Source: Owenia fusiformis
Lineage: Eukaryota
Assembly: GCA_903813345.2 (NCBI GenBank)
Contig: CAIIXF020000001.1
Location: forward strand, 17,236,001 to 17,300,000
Direction of reading: 5' to 3'
Length of the DNA stretch: 64,000 bases
In this document: positions 14,005-26,000 of the stretch, one piece after another
Position numbering within the stretch: position 1 is the stretch's first letter
How the letters are laid out: each line of letters opens with the position of its first letter
The notes under the pieces: generated by a model
Told to the model about the DNA's origin: nothing
The model's input: the letters and a program-made list of their open reading frames with translations, nothing else
The model's database searches: none
Position numbers and translations under genes: made by a program

Positions 14005-17000
14005 ATGCCCAGGGTATTTCTGTGTCGGAAAGAATCCCCTAATTCGGAACATATGGCCACGGAAACTGCCACTCAGATTAAAACAGAGACCGACCGAGAG
14101 TCAGGTGAGATAGCTGCTAATTTAATTTGTATTTTCTTCTCATATTGCGTGACTTATGGGCGGATTTAATTAAATATGTCGTTCAAAGGGAGATAATTGA
14201 TTTAATTTCAAATAAAACATGTTATCAATTTGTTAAAGATTATATCATCTGAAAATGTAACCGACACTTATTGATATCTTCAGAATTTTTTCAATGAATT
14301 CACAGGCCGAAGTTTGGCTAAAATTATTTTCAATCACTTTCATAAAGGCAGAAAAAATTCCCGATGCAATTTTTGATTTCAGTTTTTTTGACTTAAAATC
14401 GTTTTGATTTTAAACATTTATTTTGTCTTAGAAATCATTTTGATGTATTTTAAACGACAAACATGGATGATTTGGATTATCAATACCTAAAAAGGCACAC
14501 CATGCTCATCCTAATTAGAAATTAATATTTTCTGGTAATTGATTATCAGTTAATGTGGGGTGTGAAGACAACTTTCATGCCGAGATAATCGGCTCATAAC
14601 AGTTACAAATGGTGAAGTCCAGTTGATATTATATCCTCTTTAGCATTGTTTTGTCTCACACAATGAATGGACTCATCATTGATAACATAACGTTTGGCGT
14701 TGATTGCAGACACGCTTCCCGAGATAATTAACGAAATGCGATCTCACAACTTTTCAACAATGAAGGACATAAGAGATACACACATAGATATCCATCCGTT
14801 ATGCAATTGTCTTCAATTAATACTAATGAAATGGTAAAGTGTTGAAAAGATAGAGTGGGCACTGGAAACATGATGATTTTATTCGTGTTCCATGTCGTTG
14901 ATATCATTTTGCTAAATTCGGAAATGGTAGATTTATGTAGTGTCAATATACTAGATAAAGTAAACGATTCCTCAAAATTACAAAAATAATGTTCCGAAAT
15001 TTAGAAAATCAGTTAATTTGCAGTTAGATTACATGGCAATCAACTTGACAAATGTCACTAGTCCTGACAACAGGATAAAACAAACTAGAGCGGGTTAACA
15101 AAGTTCGTTTGACATCGAAAATCTTCGATTTCAGCTAAATCAAACTTACATTCTAGATTCCAAATATTTCGTCACAAAAATTGGTAAAGTCTATTTGTAA
15201 ACAACCAAAGAAAATACTCAAACATCTCCGAACTTTAAAGAAAATTCAACAAAATTGATCTGGACTCTTGAATACTGAATATTTTGCCAATGAAACGTGC
15301 CATTTGGAAACTACATTCATAAACGTATACAAATATTAGGAATTGATTTAATTATGGACCAAATCCATCAAATTATTATTTATATCAAAGTATATTAAAA
15401 TGTTAAAACGTCGACTGTTGCCATCTGGTTTGCCTGTGAAATGTTACAAAGCCTTGCGCAATGTTTTCAAAGAGAATTAATAGCATTTCCTTATGGTATT
15501 GATGGGCAGACGGCCCAACAACGGTCCACCTGCCCCGATGATGCGGTGACTTTATCCAATTTATTTTCATATAATAGTATTGCTTGTAAATTATAATTTT
15601 GAGCAAAACTAAATTGATGTTTTATTTGCATGTCAAAGCAGGTAATTTGAAGAAGTTGGTGTTTTGTTTGTATTACGAACAGGTTATTCAATTCTTCCGA
15701 TCGTCAACGTATTTGTTGAATCCTAAGAAGTTTGCAATGAGGGATACTTATTTTATCCAGATAACCTAAAATTGCTATGTAAAAATGACTCACTGACGTC
15801 GATTTTCACCTGTTTTCGTTTTGAAATGGCACACCTTAATTAAATGCATGTATACAACATATACAAACCGTGTTGTCATTTTGGTATTTATTCTTTAGTA
15901 GGTATGGATGTTGACGTAGTTGACGGCCCAATTCAAGGTCCTGCTGATAGCACCAGCGACCCCACCGACGATCCAACACCCTCTCCCGACAGATCAACAA
16001 CACCGCCATCAGATTTCCACGCGTCAGAAACATCGGCTTTTAGTAAAATAACCAAACCCCTAAGTTCCAAGGATTCTTTATTCCGCCCTTATAAAGATTT
16101 AGTGGAGAATCAGCGAGTTCATCCCTCAACCCCAGTATTCAACCCAGGTCTGCCAGTACAGTCCAATCACTTTATGCCACATCCAAACATTTCTTCTGAT
16201 TTTTTCAAGCATGCCCCTGGTTTAATACCAGAACAAGAGCTCTATAAAAGGTACCTGGAGTCAAAGTCAATGTTCAAATTCTCTGGTTTTCAAGATCCAA
16301 GGATCCCTCTAACCAATTATTACCTAAATCTCATGAAGCTCGCCCCTCAAGAAGTATCTCGACCCGAAGACCTTTCAATGCCTCGCCCAAGAGATTCCCT
16401 TGCTCTTGATGCCCAACGATCGTCTAGTCGGTGCAGTTCCCAGCTTTCCCCACCCGAGAGTTCTGGACCCTCAACGTCAGTATCAAGTTCTAATGTGGAA
16501 TCCCCTGCTTCGGTAGACTCGATCAAGAGAGAAGTTTCTCAACCCTCAGCGTCTCCATCACCTCCGCATGTTCTCGCGTCCAGCACCAATATGTTTCATC
16601 CAGCATTGCCACTACTTAGTATCCCGAGATTCACATTGGGACCAATGTCATCAGGGGCACCTTTCGGTGTAATGCCTGCCGGGGGATTGCCAGGGATGAT
16701 GCCGCAGATGGGATTAGGATTGGCAGGAATGGCTGGGTTTCTGGGACAACAACACCTCGGTTTAGGGATCCGAAAAGAGCCGGGGAATGACAAGCCAGCT
16801 CCTGTTAAGAAATACAAGTGTGATGTTTGCGGCAAAGCCTTCTCTAGAAGTAATACACTCGTCACACATAAGGTAATTATAATTGATATTTCAATGGTGA
16901 ATTAATACATTCTAAGCTAGATGCTCAGTTCATGACGTATTCAATGTTTTGGCAAATAATGGAGTTTTTGGATTTGTGGTTTTATCTGACATCTCTTTGT

Positions 17001-20000
17001 CATTAAGCTGTATGTTTTGGGGTTTCAAATCTTATTTATTAAATTGTGAATTATCGCAAACTCTGCTTTACGCAGGTGTAAGTCATCATCCACCACTTCA
17101 GAAATGTTCCCACGTTCGTTAATCTCATCTAGACTAACGCAAACCACTGTGAAGTGCAATAGATGAAAATATAAAGCATTCTAGTGTAGCAACCGATATA
17201 ACTATAGCCTTTTAGGTTTACCATTGGGAAGGTCCTATTGTGAAGAGATCAGTTTGTTTTGGGAATCGCGCAATTCAATTGTCAAAATACAATCAGAATG
17301 CACATAAATGTAATAACGAAAGAATGGAAATAAAACCGATATGCTAATATTTGGTGATTGTATTTTTCATATGTATACTGTCTGTGTATTTCACGCACTT
17401 GATCACTGTAGGAGTCAATCTCTCTGCTTTTCTTAATGGGGCTTGAAATGACATTTCGTTTATGAAGGATTTAAATCTCCATAGGCAGTGCCAGAAGCGA
17501 TCGCTCAAAAGGTAGTTGTGTCAATCAACTCAAGTGCGTAAACATCGTACATACTCCATACACTTTCAAAATTACTTAATTCACTTTCTCTGACCACAAT
17601 TTTTCAGCTTATTCTATTAAAATTAAAGAATTGTGTGAATTTAAAATGGGAGTTAGATGTAACAAAAGCTTCGCAGCGGTTCTATAAATATGTTCATAGG
17701 CCATTTACCAAGATTGGAAAGTTAAAACCGACTGTTCAAAAGATCTATAAGGTAAATAGGCTATCAATGTTTGATGTAGTGAAAGGCAGTATTTATGACC
17801 TGATAATCTGGGATATGTAACTCCTAAACGCTATTGTTGGTCCGGTGTTCTTGCACACCTTACTTATTGGACATAATTCAAATTAATCAACCGTTTTGAA
17901 TTTAATACAGATCCATATGGCAAATATGTTAAACCATTGCAGCATAAACATATAATTCACCAAACATTATGAACATAATAGAAAATTAATGCAGGAATTA
18001 AGATACCTCGAGGATGAAATTTTATTTGATATCTTAATTTGGCTAAATTATATTCGTATAGTTGAAGGCAATATTCGTTAGATTTACTTATGAAAACAAC
18101 GTGTATGGAATTAGATTAATGGAATATATGAACGATGTCAAATAAAGCGATCGGCTTTGCCCCTCAATAATAAGAGTTTTCATTATTGAAATAAGATTAT
18201 GTAACACTAATGGTCAGTTTTAATGGAACCTTTAATCTTCAGATGCCGAATGAGCCAAGCCCGTTCTCAGAGAAACCATAAGAAACTGTTCACAGTCCCG
18301 GTGATTTGATGTAAAATCATGGTTTAGAATATGTGTAAAATTATGTTTTCTGATATTGCTTTTGATTAGATTTACTTTTTCTAATCTTTTTTTGTTTCAA
18401 AATTACAATAATAAAACCAAGCAAATACAATAATGAAATCTAGCAAAATGGAGAGATACAAGTCTTGACTTTGAGAAAGCGTTTTATAATCTTTTTCTTG
18501 TTTCAAAATTACAATAATAAAACCAAGCAAATACAATAATGAAATCTAGCAAAATGTAGAGTTACATGTCTAGACTTTGAGAAAGCGTTTTCTCATCTTT
18601 TTTGTTTAAAATTACAATAATAAAACCAAGCAAATACAATAATGAAATCTAGCAAAATTGGAGGGTTACATGTCTAGACTTTGAGAAAGCGTATGACTCT
18701 GTATGGATCTAGACCATTAGAACAGTTCACTCTTGCACCAAGGTACTAATCTTTATGTTTGAGAGGGAAATGGATGGCAACACATGATTTGATCCAATCC
18801 ATATACAGTTGAAGTTAATTCAGGTAGCTAATAAAGGGAATGTAGTAGGATATATTGAGTCATTGTGTTACATCATTGCCATTACGTTTGGCTAGTTGCA
18901 TTGCCCCATCGCAATTAGTCAGTCATTGTTTTCATGGTAGATCAATAGGACTTATTCTGTTTGTGCTCATATCCATAACTTATGGACGAATCCATTCATA
19001 TCAATTGCTGCTCGATGTGTATCGTTTTAATGGCTTAAGTCAGGGCAATTAGCATCTATACATTATACCTTTATTACATCACTATCATTTGGTTATTCCA
19101 CGGGATTATAGTTTTGCTAGACTCCATTTTGAATACAAGCAAAGTCAGTCTTTTGTTTAAAATTATAATAGAACAATAGTCTGTAATGTGATACATGGGT
19201 ATAGATATTTCGAAAGTGTGTCTTAAAGACACAGAACCAAGACCCTGGGTCCTGTTATCCAATCAAAAAGTAGTTTTCATTAACCAATAGAAATTCACAC
19301 CGATTGAGCCAATCACAGCCTTCAAAACAAGATTTTTAAAAATGGCCACCAAAATAGTAAACAATAACATAGCAGTAAAATTTTGTACTCACATATATAT
19401 GCATTGGTTTCTCATTTAATAATCCACTAAACAATATTATAAGAGCATATAATCCAAATAGTAGTTACTATAGTTAATGTGTATACTATTATATTTAATT
19501 AATCCGAATAAGAATATTTCATTGTGTAAGTCTAGCTGAACTTATATCCATTCACTGGTAAACATGTCCTTTATATTCAATGCCAGGTGGATTCGGGAAC
19601 CATTCTCTCACTTGTGTGACAACACATGTGGGCATTATCTCCCTTTTATGGTATATTATACTTCTGTCACTACTTTTGGAAGCTGCCTTTTTGGTTAAAT
19701 AGTTAGGATGTCTCCATAGTCCTAGATTGTTTATCATTCTCCAAAATTCCTTGTACAGTTTTCTCCTTGTTATAATGTTTGACAATGATGGAGTTGCATT
19801 TGTTGTCCTCCAAAATGGCTCATACTTGGCTTCATTGACAACACATGGGTTCCAGAAACAATGCGGACAATCATGTGACTCTTCATTAGAACTAGGGGAA
19901 TCATTGTTAGGAGGCTGCGGAGGCTCTGTAGATACATGTTGTGGTATCATACCAGTCAAAATGCTGATTGACTGACTTGCTTGACTTTCGTCTTCTGTTG

Positions 20001-23000
20001 AAGAATCAGTGGCTACTGTTTCTAAAGAACAAATTGCTACTGTTTCTGAAGAGATACTAGCTGATGTTTTCCTCTTTGCTGCTTTTCTTCTATTCACATT
20101 TACTGTTTTTTCTGTATTATTCAACCTACTGTTCTTGTAGCTGTCCTCAATGGGGTCAAAGTTCCAGTCATAGTGATCATATAGGGATTCTATCACTAAC
20201 CTCTGTTCCTCAGTTACATTTATCTTCAAGCTGTAAGTTCTGCTTTCCATTTCACTGCTTGAACTTCAAACATAAAATGACACTGTTTCTTGGATCATAG
20301 ATTTAGTTTTTAGAATCTGAAAGACCAGTGAAATGCAGCTTGATAAATGTATATTACTATGGGAAAACCAAGGCTTTCTCCAATTCTTGGAGGTTTTAAT
20401 AATAAATACTCTCTGGTGGATTCATCATCTGGAATCTCAGATATACTCACTCGGGAAGGTACATTAAATGTTGAATGTCACCAGAAATCTAACATATAAT
20501 CTTCATATGTGGAAGAGTGTAATTTGTTCACCCCTGTGTTCATGATATGGTACATCCACATGAACTCTTGTAAGGTCCAAATCTAGGTTTCTATTGATGT
20601 GACCATGATTGATAATTAATAAACATGACTCCCTGACTTTGTCAATGAGGCATGTAGAAAATCTCTTGAATTTCCCAATTTTTCAATTTTATAGCTAAGT
20701 GGTGAAAGCAGGCAAATCCTAGACCTCTGAGATTTTTAATTGGGGCTGTACCACTTATGTGCCTCATGGCATAAGTTGCAAACAGTTACCTGGATTTTTT
20801 ATTTTTCTGAACTTTCATCATTAAATTATGGCTAGAATTTGAGTAAGAACAAAAAAGAAATGTGGTTATAATGCAACAATAAAATATGGCTTATCATTTT
20901 TGCACTCCCTAGCTTAATAACTAAAATAAATATAATTATGGTTATATATTTCCCACACTGTCACATCCCTAAGGTACACCCTTTGCCTAAATTGCCATGT
21001 GTTTTCAACTGTTACATTTGTGCCTTTTCACATATCTTACTAACAGTTACTAGGCAAGACACACATTGTAGCAATCCTAAACTGTATGATGGCAAGTAAA
21101 GCTAAGAAAAAGAAGGAATATAGAGAAAAGCATGGGCGTTCCTCAAGATTCTCAATTGAATGTGCAGGAGGTCAAGAGAAGAAGGAAACTTTGCTTGGAA
21201 AAACGAGTAAAATAAAGAAGTTTTTACACCTGAATGGCAATGTAGATGCCATAGAAATAGCATTAGACTATTGGCTAACACACAATATGCCATCTGCAAG
21301 TAGCAACACACATACTTCAGCATCATCTGAAGGCAATCTTGAGCCAGAGTCTTGGTACACACCACTAGAGAGACATGAAACTGAGCAACCAATATTTTTT
21401 ACAACTGAAAAAACTGTCAAAAAACTTGTAAGTTTAGTTGAACATCATAGCAGAATATGTCAAGCGGAACTTCAGTTGCAAGAAGTAGTATTACATGGAC
21501 ATGCAGCAACAATTGCATTTAAATGCCAGGTCAGCGAACATTATGTAAGATGGCCTTCCTCACCCCACTTACCAAATAGCGAGGCTTACGTCAATCTTCG
21601 TTTTTTCTTTGGACAGTTGACAAGTGGGCTACTGCCTTCACAATATGAGAATGTTGTTAAAGCAGTCGGTATGGGCCATCTAGGTTGGAGAAAAGAGAAG
21701 ACTTATACAAATGAATTATCTTCTCATATCAGTGAAGCGATGAAAGAATCTTGCAAAGCTGCCTTAGATGAAGAAAAGGGGACGTATCCTGATGTCGAGG
21801 CAAATGGTATCAATATCATGACGGATGCTCGACATGGTGGTAGAAGAAATGCGTTTGATTGTGATGTGATATGTTTGGGCCACAACAAACACAGAGTTAT
21901 ACGTTCTGAACATGTTTCAAAGGAAGATGAAATGTCATCTCAAAAGCATGAGGCATTGGGTACTAAACGGATGTATGAATTTTTTGATGCTGAACAAGTT
22001 AAAATAAATATTCATGCCCATGACAACAACGGTACAATCAATAAAATAATCCGTGAGCACAGAGGACCTGGTGGCAAGGAAACTTTAAACCAGAATGACA
22101 CATGGCATGCGGCAAAGTCATTCAGTCGTGAAATAAACAAAGTTTGTAAGGGGCCCAAATATAAAGATGGCGAGACGTGGCACTCGGAACTCATAGACAA
22201 ACCCGATGGGGCACGAAAAAGAGCACAGCAAGTTATTCGAAACTGTGATAAGAATCCGAATACAATCAGGATGAAACTAGAGCAAATTCCAAACCATTAT
22301 AAGGACAACCATTTAAATTGCGATGCCATATCAAGCTGTAAAACAAATATCAACTACAGATTAGAGAAAATTAGAATCACCTCACCCATTGCAGAACAAT
22401 TATTATTATCATCAATTAAAAAAACAGAAATTTATAGACACGCTGAACATTATACAGAAGCTATGGACACATTTTATGTTGAGAGCTTCAACAATACGTT
22501 GAATATTTTCCATGATAAGCGTGTTGTCTTTAAAAAGCAACAATTCGAAATAAGAACTAATCTAGCTGTCGTCCACTGGAATGAAAATGTAGACCGTGAT
22601 TATTCCAGCATTACTGAAATTGATGATCCACTGAATCCCTTCAAACAAAGAAAAGTTTTGAAGGACTACACAACTAATTACAAAAACAATATTTGGAACA
22701 AATGGATGGATTCTATATTTTAATTATACAATATACTTATACTTTACCACATTCCATAGATTATTTACAAGATTAATAACATATAAATACAACATGACTA
22801 TGTGCATGTAATTGGATTAACTATCACTGTTGGATATATAAAGATCACATCACTTGAAATGCCTCAGCCAGGATCAGGGTAAGTTAATATCAATAATACT
22901 TCATTTACTGCAGATATTTTAGGCCATGTGCTTTTGTTGACCTCTAAATATGCACGGATCGCCTGTTGTGATTGGCTCATTTCAAAATAGGCTCCTCCTT

Positions 23001-26000
23001 CTCAGTTGTTCCAATATCAGAAATTAAACAGTAATAATTACAAAAGTAAATAATATCTTGGACTGGATTTAACATGTTTCAATGCCTCCTATATTCATAG
23101 ATAACTGTGACAATTTATTGAGTGATAGGGTTTCTATAACTAGAGAAAATGAGGAAAATGTCAGTGAGCTCAGATTTTGTCTAAATTTTGAATTCAGCCA
23201 TGTTTTTTCAACTGATTCAGGCCTTTTATAGCGGGGGTGAGTCTTTAATGGAAGCATTGTTTATGGTATTGTTGATTTATTTCAAGCACACGTTTACTAA
23301 CAACTCCATGTGTAGTAACAAACTTCATGATAACCACACGCTGTGCTTACACCATCTTCTATCTTCCCCCGCACCACTCTGCTCAAACCAACAAAAGACC
23401 AACAATACATTAGACTGTTACTATAGTGAAACATAATAAGTTGGCACTGTTACTATTGTTTCTCCAGATGATTCCTTGGACACTGGGATGCAACTCTTTT
23501 AAATAAGTATTTAGGCTATACCTCATCACCGCAAACTCTTGTAATATGAAAACATAACTTCATATCTTGGAATTGAACATAGTAAATATTATGTGTGAGA
23601 AAGTCAACATACCAAAGACTAGCACTGTCCCATTTGAAAACAAAAGCACGTGTATACTATTTCTAATTGAAAAGCAAAAATACATGACAAACAAGCACAT
23701 GAATCCCCGGGCATGAACCTCATTCAGAATAAGTCATATGATGGCAGCGATAAAAACAGAGATAATGATGTTGAAGTTGATTGCATCGGTGTGACGTCCT
23801 TGGTTTTTATTCAGACTTCAAGAGATTGAAAAAAATTCATAGAAAATTGCCATCATTTTGAATTGCAAAGCTTATATTCTCTGAGGGACTTCTTTGTTAT
23901 TTCACCGAGCAGAATTATATAATAATTGATTGCTCCGCCTTATCAATTATTCTTCTAATTACCGCCGTGCTTTGTGTCAATACGCAGTATTAACTAGTTC
24001 CAATATTTATTCACGTTGGTTGATGTGCGCGCATTGATTGCCTTGGTCAACAGTCTATCCTTACTGGACTAATACCTTTCCCAATGATCGTATTGCAGCA
24101 ACGGTATCAGTCGCATTATAGTCATTCTCTTGTAGTTCCGACTTGTCATCTTCAAAACGAGCTGTCATTAATTTTGGTTTCGAAGACACAGTTCGCATTT
24201 TACCACTTATTGAAGGATAAGGTTTTTGGTTTTTACTTTTTGTGATGATTTTTTTTCAAATATTGTACTTCCATATTTCGAGCCATCTTTTCCTTTTCGA
24301 TGGATGATATTTTTCAAATCATGGCAGTTCTTTGATTGGTCAAAATAGCAGATGGGTTTTGATTATTTAAATACGATTGTTATTGACCAAAAACCGTAAG
24401 CTTTGTCTGCAATCGATATAATCCTGATTAATAAAATGTCACGTCGAAAGACTATCGCAGTTGCGTAAGATCAAGCTTGAGCTAAAGCTAAGAACACGTT
24501 TTGTCTCACACCTTGCATATGTAACAATAGCATAATCTACACAAGGTAATGATCCAATGTATATTTATTCAAATCCTAACAGAAAATTAAAGGGCGCACT
24601 TATTGGTGTACATAAGTTCTTAAGCTTTGTCTCAAATAGTTTCAGCATTGTTAGGCTCGAGCTCTGCACCAGGTCTTGTGTGCATTTGGTTTGGTTTTCT
24701 CAGTGTTGTTCCTTCCACGGTAGTCGGGTCAGTGTGAAGAGCACTTTCCCCGTGTTTACATCAGTTTAGCAAACTCTCATTGACACCTTTCATTCAATAC
24801 TTGACCAAGAGAAAGTGTGTAGAAAGTTGTACATTCGTGTCGGGGATGGAGGTAAACTAATTACAATGCCACAAAGAGCTTTCAAATTAAACACCACTGC
24901 GCTTTTAGAACGTATATCAAATCATCAATGTACGTCACTTCAATTATAACATATAATGTGATGGGATTTATGAGCTGGCCAAATGGACTTGATGATCCAT
25001 TGTATTTTAAGATTGTATTGTTAAAACATTAAATGTGCTTGGTTTATTTACAGAGAATTCACACTGGGGAGAAACCGTTCAAGTGCGAAATCTGTGGCAG
25101 AGCGTTCCGCCAACCCGGGAACCTGACACGTCACCGTCTGACCCACACCACCGTTAAACCGTACGTCTGTTCCACATGCGGCAAAGCGTTCAACAGAGCT
25201 TCAAATCTTCACACACATATGCGCACGCATACCAACTACAAACCTTTTATGTGCCCATTTTGCGGCAAAGGGTTCCATCAAAAGATTGACATGAAGATCC
25301 ATTCCTACACACATACAGGTTAGCCCTTCATGTCTTGTTTCATATACTGTTCCATAATATTTGGCCTTTAACAGGATATAGAACATATAAGTGCATAGAA
25401 ATACAGATTAAATATGTTCATTATGTTATTCATATGCATTTATTTTATTAGGAGAAAAGCCACACAAATGCCGTCTTTGTGGGAGAGGTTTCAAGCAACT
25501 TACGCATCTAACCTACCACATGCGTACGCACTCTGATGACAAAATGTACCACTGCGAGGACTGTGGAAAAGGATTTAATCAGAAAGGAAACCTACAAGCA
25601 CATGTGTTTGGACATACAGGTAAGGCATAATGATTGCATGACTGATAGATCTTGGACTCTTCCATGGATACTTAAAATAAATCATCTGTTTTAAAAGTCA
25701 TTAGGCCAGTATGGTTACATACTGTGGGGTAGGGAGGGGGAGCACATGAGTACGTCAACAAACACATCAACTAAAAACGACCTTCGAGAACAAAAAGACA
25801 AGCACCAACGAGTTATATTCCATTTCTATTAAGAATTATCCATTTTGTGTCTATCGTCATATGTAAAACATTTCACAATCTATGTTACATATCCATAATT
25901 CATTTTACTTACAGGTGAAAGACGACACAAATGTGATGACTGCGGCAAGGCTTTCACACTGGCCAGCACTCTGAACACCCACCAAAGGACACACTTAGAA

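Larger units (their letters stand above)
19227..23244 (+). mobile_element. Kolobok-superfamily DNA transposon nested in the second coding intron of the zinc-finger gene
   Basis: Holds a DDE transposase and a KolX-like ORF. Left end TTAA|AGACACAG (TTAA 19223-19226). Right end is either ..GTGAGTCT|TTAA (23244) or ..TCTTGGACTGGAT|TTAA (23068). Inverted TGAGCCAATCACA at 19305-19317 and 22967-22979. Boundaries are uncertain. Confidence 0.7.

Noticed and set aside
15844-15901. ORF-track N-terminus [19 protein letters not shown]
   Set aside because: Intronic sequence before the acceptor; the upstream SNAG exon gives a better start.
16596-16865. 89-aa antisense ORF
   Set aside because: Antisense shadow of the GC-richer zinc-finger exon.
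18381-18692. Possible CRISPR-like array
   Set aside because: Head-to-tail units with no unique spacers, eukaryotic context and no cas genes.
19227-23244. Long terminal direct repeats around the Kolobok element
   Set aside because: No extended direct repeat is visible between the left and right non-coding ends.
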